Positions 1 to 12,100 of a DNA stretch of 64,000 bases are shown here, one piece after another. Under the pieces are notes generated by a model, which ran no database searches, had not been told where the DNA came from, and worked only from the letters and a program-made list of their open reading frames with translations. A program made the position numbers and the translations under genes. Source of the DNA: Botryllus schlosseri (lineage: Eukaryota). The first letter of the stretch is position 1; each line of letters opens with the position of its first letter. Location: positions 33,666,001-33,730,000 of the forward strand of contig CM119371.1 in assembly GCA_051294905.1 (NCBI GenBank), written 5' to 3'.

Positions 1-96
1 TTATATATTTTTCTCAGGCCTCACATTTCTAGGTACGCGTGCCACAGTTTGGGAATCACCGCTGTAATCACTGAGCCATACGAATACTCGACTTAC

Positions 97-188
97 TTCC
101 AAAGCAACGAGTTGCATCTGAGACGCGTTTTCTACACGCAAGAGCGAGAAAATCAGCTTGAAATGACCGATGCAGACAGCTTCGGTTC
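97..188 (-). CDS. DNAJC13: DNAJC13 coding exon 44 (last in window)
   Basis: [30 protein letters not shown]; GTAAGT donor, so more exons follow outside the window. Confidence 0.94.
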
Positions 189-3100
189 CTGCAAATAAAA
201 TTCAGGGCTGCATTCAGAAGAATAGCAAGAATTCGAGTGCATAGAAAAGCCTAAAAATGCCCCTATAGTCGCGAAAAAGAGGATGTGGAGAAATTGAAAT
301 CTGCAATTTCCGTTAACGGGTGATAATTCACAAAACTTTTACGAAGGAATCAAGTCCCAACGATGATAAGACTTAAGAATAGCAACCACAATTCACGACT
401 CAATCCACGCAAATATGCAAAAATACAAGAATATTGCAACTGCTTGCAAAAATATGCCTATATTATGATGTGTCAGTAAGTTGAAGCTTCACACCACAGT
501 GAACAAAAATGGGTGATAGTGGCGTGGAAATCTTGTCACGCAGAGGGAGAAGTATATAAATTCGTATTCCGATTAAAGATTTTATTACAAAAATATGAAA
601 AAACCTTAATTTCCGGAATAATTACCGTATCAATTGTGTCAAACAAACAGGAAAGGGTAGGCTATAAAACTTTACTTATATTCAAATTTTTAGCAAAAAA
701 ATATAATAATATGGAATTTCCAGAAAGTTCACACCATGTAAGCCTATGACTGCGTGAACATAGGCTATTGCTATATATATTAATTCACAGAGTCGAAGCT
801 TCACACTGCAGTAAAGAAAAAAAAGGGAAAAATTGAATCTGGAATTGTGTCATGTAGAAAATCTCGGATGTAAAGGTCAATTTTGATTACTAAAATATGA
901 AAATGAACAGAATTTCAAGACTATTCGCATACTAGATCCATATTTCCCTAAATTTCAGCACAATCATCAAAACACATACTTACCCGGACAATTTTTGACC
1001 ACGTTCGAAAGAGCTTGCAACGCCGCTTCGCAATTGGCCAGCCGCGTGTCCGAAACAGACTTTGGCGGGACGGGGGGCTTCAAACTCATCAAGTCCGCGC
1101 TCCCGGAAGCCGGCTGGGGCTTCAGAAGCTTGGTAGGCTTCATCGGCACCGGCGGGTTCCTACTACCGAGTCTCTGTTCGTCGTTTGTAAGGTTGATTTG
1201 GTTATTCAAAGCCATCAGGCTCAGTACATACTGTTTATCATGCATTAAAAGTGTCAACAACGGACAATGACACACATCACCAATCAAAATTACATAAAAA
1301 GCATTCGTTTCACCAAAATCAGACGAGAGAGCATCGAAAAAGGTATCAAAAGACAGAGGAAATCGAGAAGACCAAAGACAAGTGATGCGTGAATGTGAAA
1401 GGAATGAAAATGAAGACACAAGAGAGAGAAAATAAGTCAGAATACGAGAGAAAATTACACAAAAAAGGTGTGATTTTGTAATGTCAACATGCAATTAAGG
1501 GTGAGCATGATTGCGATGGAATCATGCGATTAAAAATCGTGTGGGTGAAGAAAAATTCCGTCACCGTATATTCCGAGGATCGCAGTGTTCATCCGAGGCA
1601 GCGTCATAAAGAGTCAAGAAAAAAGAATCGCAATTAGAAAAATGGCATAATTCGATTATCGATTATTACGATAATCAAAAATATCAGGATCGGAAATTTT
1701 GACCAGTTCACATGAAAATATTATGTAACCTTCGTTGTCACACACAAATGTCAAAAAATCTCAGAATTATACTTCAGCATCATCTCAATTTCATGATTTA
1801 AAATCGAAAATTTCGTACCGCATTTCACAATCATTCAATCTGCAAGTATCGTCTCATGATAATCGCTTATCTCACAATGAAAAATTGGTTCAAAAATTGA
1901 TGTACCAACACTCTAACATTAGCAAATTTCAAATATGTACCTTTTATGCAACCTCAAGGAATATTATACTAATAATGGTATCACGTCCAATCAAAGATAC
2001 TTTGGTATTTTTACAACAATTCCGATTTCATTGCACTTAATGACAATGCTATGGATTGAGTAAGACTTCAATTATTGTAGGGTTAGTATATTTTGAGATC
2101 CGCAAAGGAGGAAGCTTTTGACAGGCTGCAAAAGTTACTACAGCATACGAGTAAACGGGACAATTTTATATTTATAGAGCTAATTTTGTTATGTTGACTT
2201 AAAAATAAGTGATTTTTCCGTTTTGACACCGGAACTACCTGTCAGTTGTCTTTTAGGCCAACATTTCACGCTGTTTCATATTTTTGACCATTTTATGTTT
2301 GAACATTGTTTTAAAGATTCCAGCAGTAGCATTTATCAACTCAAATTTTTCATTGATAGCCTTTATACCAGGGTTGTAATGACTCGAGTCAATTTGTCCA
2401 TTGACTCAACTTGTACTCGAGTCATTGTGCATGACTTGAACCAAGTCACACGCCTCGAGACTAGGACGGCCAAGACAGACATTTGATTGTAACTTCGAAA
2501 AATATTAAAGTCACTACATGATTGGTATTTCGTCTATCAGTCCTGATACTTGGAAAATAGGGCCAGAAACTGTTAGGACTGAGGAAAATCACTGCATTAT
2601 GAATGCGAGCCATTCTATATCACTCGAGCAGAGTTAAAAAATGTGGGTCGAACCGGACTGAGCTCAAAACTGACCAGTGAACACAATGACTTGAACTCGA
2701 GTCAAAACACTATGACTCGGACTCAAACCTCTACTCACTGACTCAGACTTGACTCGGTGGTGAATTGAAAATGACTCGACTTGACTCGAGTCAAAATTAT
2801 AAGTGAGATTGACTTGTGACTCATAAATATGATACACTTGCCCAAAACCAGCCTAGAATGGCTGGGTTTATATTCCCTAGTACTCAAATACTAAACAAGT
2901 GTCAATATGACAATTGATGAAGATGGTAGATTGTGCGGCAATATCAAATCAATAGTTGAACCATTCACTTTTCTCAAATCATATTCACGATACAATTGAG
3001 CGAACATCACAAATGATTGAGCATTTCAACCAGACTCACTTCAGCTTGCGATCCCAAATAGTCGAGCAGCTTCTTGGCGAATGTGTGTGGGTCCTGTAGA

Positions 3101-6100
3101 GAAATGAATAGATTTGTTAATATAACAGCAAAAGTGTTGTGTGTTTGGAAAGGACTCATCAAATTCATATGATTTGGCAGGGATTTTTAATATTCTTTCA
3201 GCCGCTTCCAAATTTGTATTCCTAGATTAGTTCTACAATAATAGACAGTACCAGTAGGCATACGGAAGATAATGTAGATGTAATGTATGTAGGTATTGAA
3301 CAGAAGTATTATGGCCTTGATATTGTATTGACTTCACGGTGAATACAGATCAAGTATGATGTTTGATGGTATCTTTTGATGAATATTAAGTCTCAATGAT
3401 AGTTATCGGACAAAGCTAGTTCATGAAAAAAAGAATATACCAGGAGGTTTACCAGTTAAATTATAGTCAAATCTTCATAAAGTATGCTAATAAAGGACAT
3501 TACTGGTTGTTATACGGTCAGACACGGCTTGATTAGCAACACTCATTTCAAACTGACGGTGTTCACAATAAATGTGTGCTGCTCTCCAACATTCTTAAAA
3601 ATTACGCAGACATATCCATATCCAACCTGGAGCATCAGGCAAAAGGTGGTGTTAATTGACAACGTTACAAAACATAAAGGGCATAAGGACGGACGAACAC
3701 GTCAAACTTGAAAACACCCACTCGATTAGTTGCTGACGATTACCCCTGTCGAGTGTCAGCCGAAAATTTTCGGGTTCATTTCAATATGAAACTATTCAAT
3801 TGTATATTGATGTTCTGTACCTCCAAGAAGCTGTTCGATTACATAAATAGGTTTTTATCCGTCTGAATTTTGATCTTTCACACCAGGAGAACACTAAAAC
3901 ATGCATACCCCGACCTTTGACGTGAATATTTAATAAAAACTATCATCACAATCTACTATAACTATTCTGTGTAATCATAATATATCCAAGCGTCATCATT
4001 AGCAATTCCTAACGAGATGGTTAGCCGTAAAACTCAGAAAGTAGCCTACTGCATATTACAGACCAAACCAAAGTTTCACTACGTTATTCATAACTACATT
4101 CCAATTGCATGGGTTGCATTTTCAAAACAGCACATAGGCTATCAGACTCAAATTGTAATTCCCGACATGATTGATAAGCTGGTAAAATACGGAGCATTCG
4201 AACAAACAAAAAACAGTTACGAATAATTGAGCGCGTAGTGCAGGATATCCAAGTGCCAAAATGATAACCGTGCGTGCAAATCGAGCTTCGATTCGAAAAC
4301 CGGCAAAGGAAATAAAATTGACGTCGAGAGGTTATTATTGAACAAAATTGAGCAATTTTTTCAAAGTAACCTCTACCGCGTGTCACCTTATGCTGAAAGC
4401 ATCTTTGATCTGTCTCATCGTCCGTCTATGTAACCAGATAACAATGATACAATTTGTAAAATACTTTTCTACAATCTCAAAAACCACTAAAACCCAATAT
4501 TATGAAAATATACAAATATTGCCTTCAAGACTACGGTATTTAATTGATTGCAGTACAATCTATGACTAAGACTTATCGTTCGCCCCTTATCAGGAGTTAA
4601 CGATGTACGGTAGTGAGGTACATACAAGTACAGATTCAAATGAAACTACCCATATACAAACTGCTGGGTTTTCAGCGGTAATCGTCAGAAACACTGATTT
4701 TCAAATAATTTAAAAATTTTATCAAGAAAAGATGTTTATGTACCGCTCTCGTCTTCGTAAATCTTATGCCGGCGAAGTCATATTTTGTGTTACAGATTGT
4801 TGATGTACAATTCTCTACTAGTAGATGATGATTACCCCTGACGAGTGTCAGCCGAAAATATTGGATTACCTACATTGGTTTTCATTTGAATATCATATTA
4901 TACTGTAATTAATCTAGTCTTGAAGGCAATTGTTAAGTTTAGTACCCCCAGTGACCTGTAAATAAATATAAACAGCTGGAAAGAATCTGGTCAAGGTGAA
5001 CAAGATCACAAAATGTACTTCAAACTGACACAATAAAACAAATTTCGTGAAAGTCACTCGAAATTTCGAAAATATAAGAATCAAACATATTTCTTGCTGA
5101 ATTTCTCTATACAATCCCCTAATCCAGCCCAGCCTGAGCCTACTTTCCATGCAAGTAAATTTAAAAGACGAATCGTCATACCGTCAGCGGAAATGTGGGC
5201 TGTTCGTTGTAGATTTTGACGAAAATGTCGCCGATTATCAGCTCTTTCTTGTGAGCGGTGAACTCAAAGTCGGCGCCAAACGAGGGGTCCGCTTCTCCCT
5301 GCGATAAAAATCGGAAACTGTCGATAATTGTTACAAAGGTGTCAAAAATAGGCTCGAAGCTAAAGAATGGGGCTTGGCAAATGTCTGTACAGCAAGCTCG
5401 GAAAACCTTTAGAATCCGATATTCAAGTCATTGATTATAGGATTAGACTGAATCTTTACTTGATAATTCAATCAGTGCAAGACATACCAATATTTCTACA
5501 CAGTCACAATGCAATAACAACTCACACACTCTTAGAACTCGAACCTTACCGACATCCCAAATACATCGAGGTTAAGAACCGCATTCAATTCACGGCCTTA
5601 CCGTTCTGATAACGTTTCTCTGCTGTTCCTTGAGATACTCTGTCAATTCGATCCTGGTCGAGTTGTCCCAAATCAGGTAGGGATTTTCAGTGTTGCTGTT
5701 CAAAGTTTTCAAGACCTGTGCGTACAAGTAAGGCTCATTTACGAACATGAACCATTTTATTAAGGATCAACGGACATTGAGACTGTCCAGAAAAATTTGC
5801 ATGGTCTCTATTAGTCTACGTTTACCAAAGATGGCTGGCTATTTCGAAAATAAGGCAGGTTTGAATAACATGGCAGACTATTTCAGGGCCAAATTAGGAT
5901 TTAAGATATGGACACGGAAGTTTGTGATAGCACTGTAATTTTATGATACTGTAAACATAATTCAAGCCAGCATTATATAACAGACTTGGATTTAAACCAC
6001 AAATCCAGAACTGGATTGGAAAGTAAAACATTAGCCCTCACACACAGAGAGAGAGAGAGGCTTGCGGTGTTGGGAAATAAATTTCCAGAATTGATCAGGT

Positions 6101-9100
6101 TTAAAAATCTCTCATGCCCAAAAGTTAAGATAACTTATGATTAACATTGCAAAGCTTAAAGTAAATCAAAAGAAAATGTAGTGTTACCATCCGTATGTAT
6201 CACCGACGAACCTAAGTTTACAAGAAGAGTGTCTGTGGCACTACGTACGATTATGCTAATAACACATAAGAAAACAGACCTTATTCCTAAACGATTACAC
6301 ACGCAGAGTCTGAATTTGTGGGTCAAAAGATCATGCAAGTGTTAGTTGAACAGAAAAAGGGTGAGAATGGGATTTAGGGGTCCGATAGCACAGTTCTGCA
6401 TAAAATAAAGGTTACACCAACCATTCAAACATATAACAATAACAAAACGTAAAATTGAACAAAGATAGTAGATAAAAGTTATTCCACCCAAAAAACACCA
6501 CATAGCATAGATAAGACAACATGCTATAACGTTATTGAAGTGGGTAGCGTACATCTGCTGATTGATATCCGCAATTGGTGCCTGCCAGGCTATAATGTTA
6601 GGTATACTGCTGTGATAGTATTCGAATGCGCCTTTTACAAATTCGTGACGAAAGCAACATTAAACTCTCGAATTCGTTATTGCATCTTACGCACGCAGAC
6701 TTGTACAAACTATCGGTTAGTTGCTATAAGTTAGTTGACGGTGAACTAACCACTGGAATTTTTAGCAGTTCCAGTTCTAATTCTAGATTCCGCTATTGAA
6801 AAACGAGTAGTTTTAGTTCTAGTTCTAGTTGAACATTTTGAAAAGACAGTAGTTTGCACAAGTCATACTGGCCAAATTGTCAGTAATTTGGCAAAAACAG
6901 CCTTTCATCGAGGTTATTTACGCAATCGCACGTATCGGTAACATAATTGCCAACAACCGCCCGCGTTACGATTTCGAATGTCGTTAAGATTATGGAACTT
7001 CATCAAGGTTTCCTTGTATCCTTAACATTTCTACCAAGTTCCAGCCCGTATTTTTAGAGTCCATAAATGACACTGCCATCACCACAGGACTTGTTTGATG
7101 GCGTTAAAAACTTCAACATTCATTGGTATCTCGGAAAACCCTCGAAACCCGGAAAATTTGTTACACGGCAACGGAAGTGGACAAAGGCGACACCCAACAC
7201 ACAGAGCAACACAGGCCCTCTCACCTCCGCGAAATTATCGGCGTCGATCTGTCGGCAAAACAAAGAATCAGCTCTCCCTAATCAATCGACACGACGTTAC
7301 AGAAAAATGAAAAATATGGCGCAGTACACCAGTACAAAAATTATAACTGACCCATTCCTTATGGCGAGTGTGATAAAGCTAGGTTTCTACAAGATTAACC
7401 CTATATTGAAGCTACAACGTAACGATACGCTTTTACTGTTTTGGAGTTCTCGAAAGGGTTTCGCCAACTTTTAAAATTTTAAATCATAAATTAGTTTTGG
7501 GATAGGGTTTCATCGCTTAAACGCGTGGAATTGTCACAAAAAACGGGTGAAATAGCCTCTGTACCGCAGTATCTTGGTGCATTTTCTAAAATTGCGCCTA
7601 TTGGTCATTTTCTGTTAGTCGTCAATCAATTACCTTTCCATTATCAGAAATAAATGAACTTTATGGAAGTATGCGACTCATATTGAGACTTTCATTTCCT
7701 ACTACCACTTGAATAAGTGTATTGACCTTCGTGACTTGTAAATCACAAATTCCGGTCGTACTTCACAATTAAGTTGAGACGAAAGTACTGTGATGGCAAG
7801 TTTGCATCACTAATACCAGTAAAATTGTCACAAGAACCGCGTGAAAATAGCCCCCGTATCCCGATAACTGAATTTATTTTTGAAAATCGCACCCATCAGC
7901 AGTGTCGTTAGCGACTTTACGGAATTAGAAACCTACGATTAACCCCTGAAAAGTATGCGAGATTCTGATCAAATCTATTTTTCTAACTACCAACTCGAGT
8001 ACATTTCAGACCAGAATTTTCGGCGCTTCTTCGATATACGCCCGGGATCGAAACAGTGTTTCACATGAAACCAATAAGTGCTTCCCATGAGCCCGATACA
8101 AGTTTATAAACGTCAAAATATTTTTTTTTTTGCCTTTGGAGAGACAGATATTAGGGTTAGATGTGGGTCAAGGTCAAAGTTGGGGTTAGGGTATCCCAAG
8201 ATTAGGGTTGGGGGGGGGGGGTATTAGGGTTGGATGTGGGTTAGGGTCAAAGTTGAGGTTCGGGTATCCCAAGATTAGGGTTGGGAAGGGGATATTAGGG
8301 TTGGGGGAGGGGGTATTAGAGTTGGATGTGGGTTAGGGTCAAAGTTGAGGTTAGGGTTTCCCAATATTACGGTTTGGGGAGGGGGATATTAGGGTTGGGG
8401 GAGAGGGGGATATTAGGGTTGGGGTAGGGGGGATATTAGGGTTAGGGTCAAAGTTGGGGTTAGGGTATCTCAAGTTTAGGGTTGGGGGATATTATGGTCG
8501 GAAGAGGGTGGGGTATTATGGTTAGATATCGTGCCCCTCACCCGAAACCTAATCTTGGGATAACCTTACCCACATCCAACCCTAATATCTACATTCCCCC
8601 AGCCCTAATATCCGTCTATTCGAATGCAAAGAAAAATATTTTGATGTTTATAAAATTTTATCGTGTCCACGGGGAAACATTTACGGGTGTCATGGGGCAC
8701 ACTGTTGCGATCTCGGGCGTATATAGAGGAAGAGCCGAATTTTCTACTTCTAATGAGCAAGTATATTTGGCGATACGATTGTTGATATACAATGTTCATC
8801 CCAATTATCTACTGGTTGCTGACGACTACCCCCGATTAGTGTCAGCCGAAAATATTCGGGTTCATTTCAATATGAATATACTATTCAATTGTATCAAGTA
8901 GGCTACTTTTGACATGACTTGCGGATCGATGCTACTTCTACTCCTTATCAAGTGCCAACGCTGACAACTTTCAGAGCTTCTGACTATTAACGTTTTTTAC
9001 CTCTGCATAGTTCCCCAATCCTAATTTGCTGGCGAGATATCCCGTCATTAGAGCGCTGAGAGATTTTTGCACGAGTGGGTTTTCGCCTTCTTTCGTCATA

Positions 9101-12100
9101 TACCTGAAGCAAGAGATACAAAAATTACACGCATGGCTAGCAAATAAGAATTATCGACACGCCACGAATTAGTTTCATTGAGTCTTACAAACGACAAAAA
9201 GTAACATACCCGCCCAAACACGCCAAGGCGTGCACCGACAGCCTGGCCAGCCTGTTGGCCACCTCCTGCTGGTTAGACTCTTCGCTCTTGGACACGCCGC
9301 CTTCTTCCAAAGTGAAATCGTAGTTGAAGAGGTACAGCATGAGATGCCACACGGCGCCGGCTTTGAACAGCTGCGTCTGGAGGGCCATGTCCATCGCGAA
9401 AGCGCTCACGCATTCGGTCGCGGTAGTGCACAAACGTTGCAGGTTCTGGGGAGAAAAGAGAGATTTTGTGAGAATTTTGGGGCGAGATTTCAAACTTACT
9501 CTGCGGTCTACAATCGTCAGGGTTGTAATGACTAGAGTCGCAATTTTTTTTTGACTTGACTAAAACCAGAACTAATCACTTTTCAAATGTCGCAATTAGA
9601 GTCAAAATTAGAACTACTGAGCTTCCAAAAGTCACAACTGGAACTAGATATACTCACTTTTAAAAATTCGCAACTAAAACCGGAAATAGAACTACATAGT
9701 TTAAAAATGTCGCCATCAGAACTAGAACTACTGACTTTTCAGAAGTCGCCACCAGAACCAGAATTAGAACTACTGCGTTTTCAGAAGTCGTAACTAGAAC
9801 TAGAACTAAAACTAGAATTAATCTTTTCAGAAGACGCAACTAGAACCAGAATTAGAACTAATATTTTCAGAAGTCAAAACTAGAATTAGAACTACTCACT
9901 TTTCGAATGTCACAACTAGAACTAGAGCTAATGCTAGATCTAATTTTTCCAAGTCGCAACTAGGACCAGAACTAGAACTACTGAGTTTTCGAAAGTTGCA
10001 ACTAGAACTAGAACCAATATTTTTGAAAAGTCACAACCAGACCTAAAACTAGAACCAATCTTTTCAAAAGTCACAACCAGAGCTAGAGCTAGAACTGGAA
10101 CTAATCCCTTCAAAAGTCGCAACTAGGACCAGGATTAGAACTACTGAGTTTTCGAAAAGTCCCAAATAGAACTCGAACTAGAAATAATCTTTTTGAAAAG
10201 TCACAACCAGAACTAGAGCTTGAACTAATCTTTTCAAAAGTCGCAACTAGGACCAGAAATAGAACTACTGAGCTAGAAACTAGACTACCGTATAACAAAA
10301 TCTACTTCAAAAACCGGTAACAAGTTGGCCGTCAAACAATTAGATTGGTCAATTGTACAAGTCTGCTCAAGAACAGATGCTCACATTTGAGAGAGCGGGA
10401 ACCACCCCCCATTACCTTGTAGTAGAGAATGCGGCACACGTCCTTGACGATCCTGGGGTCTTCGGCAAACTTTTCGCGGCACTGTTCGAACTGAGCCGCA
10501 ACCGTGTAGCACTTGCAGATGTAGTTACAGACGCGGACCGCCACGTCGTCCGGTTTCGAGGACGTGTTCAGCATGGACACGCAGCGGGAGAACGCCGCTT
10601 GCAGGGCCTGGAATCAAAAAGGCATTAAATCGGAGGTTATTAAAATTCAAAAACATGATTGTTGATTATGAATAAGTCTCTTTGAAGTATACGATAGGAT
10701 AGTACATTCATATTGAAATAAACTTGAATATGCCCGGCTGACACTCGTGATAGGTATACAAAAGCAGTGTCCTTTAATGTCCCTTTTTTCTCGGATGCGT
10801 GCTGCCTGATTATAAGGGGCACCTTTTTCTATGCTCCCCAATTATGACAGCTTTACAATATACTGTTTCAAAGATGGCAGACTTTGACAAATTGCAGAAT
10901 TTACAAAATGCACAACCAGAATTGGAACTACTCACTTTTCAAAACACGCAACTAGAACTAGAACTACTCACTTCCCGAAAGACGCAACTAAAATTGGAAC
11001 TACTGTACTGAAAAAACCAACATTAATAAGTCTCAGAGGTGGGCACACATTCTCTCTCTGCGCGGAAAGATGCCCCAAATTTCTCACCTCCAAACCACCT
11101 TCCCTTCTTAGCTCCTCCGCGTTGAGCGCGGAGCAATTGACCGTGTGATACGCGAGTTCTGACGCCTCCGGTAGCAACGGCGACTCCTTGCTGAACAGCG
11201 AATCGTCGCTGGTCTCCATCTGGATGGTCTTGATCAGAGCCGCGTATCCCGCGTACTTGTATGGCTCAAGTTCTGGGACAATTACGGTTTGATTTTGACC
11301 GTGGCGATTATGAATAATCAAGTTTAAATATACGATTGAATAGTATATTCATATCGAATTGAACCGAAATAATTTCGAGTGACACTCATCAGGGGTAATC
11401 GCCAGTAACTAGTAGATAATTGGGGAGAACGTGTATATATTATTTGAAATTTCATGCCGGTGACGTCATATTTTGTGAATCGATTGTTGATATGTTCTTT
11501 CCAATTCTCAACTAGTCGATGACGATTACCCCTGACGAGTGTCAGCCGAAAATATTCGGGCTCATCTCAATACGAATACAGTATTCAATTGTATATTGAA
11601 GTTCTGTACCACCAAGAATAAAGTTTCACCATGTAATATTGCACACTGGGTTACAATTGGGCCATATTATAAAAATCGTACCATATTTCCGGGCGGTTGG
11701 CCGCGAAAAATAGCGTATTATGGCTAAACCTAGTTCGCCCACGAAAACACAATGAAAATAACAATGGCCAATTTTGTCGAGCTATTGTTCGGAACAACGT
11801 CGATTTTCAGACTTTGAGGGCTGTTTCGGGGGGGATTCTACAACCCTGACAAGATTTTAATTTGTATTGTCGCGATGAGTGTGACACTAGCTAGGTCGCA
11901 AGCAATAGCACTGCCAATTACGCTGCTTTTAGATTGCTCAGCAATAAGAGAGACATCTCATCTTGCCCGAGCGTTTCGACGGGTTTTGCAGGAGTTGCGT
12001 CTCTAGGTGAGTAATCTATATAGTCACACAGCGCAAAAGAATAGGATTCGTCGAAAAAACAGCAAAAGTGTTTTAATGTGATGCAGAACGCGCAATATAC

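Noticed and set aside
3240-6000. Possible LINE remnants at about 3300-3700 and 5747-5940
   Set aside because: Only faint peptide resemblance (e.g. HFIKD...ETVQK), too weak to call without a profile search.
7067-7474. 135-aa plus-strand ORF as a nested gene
   Set aside because: No recognisable domain, no splice or promoter support, and it is antisense within intron 39 among repeat debris.
8150-8530. True telomere or chromosome fusion site
   Set aside because: The TTAGGG hexamers are interspersed in longer units, lie within a foldback element and sit inside an intact gene.
8482-8901. 139-aa ORF
   Set aside because: It is made entirely of the foldback arm and a family B repeat.
9570-10310. 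Regularly spaced repeats resembling a CRISPR array, and ORF 9587-9793 resembling a leucine-rich repeat protein
   Set aside because: The units are tandem with no unique spacers, the context is a eukaryotic intron, and there are no cas genes. The ORF is a by-product of units that vary in multiples of 6 nt.
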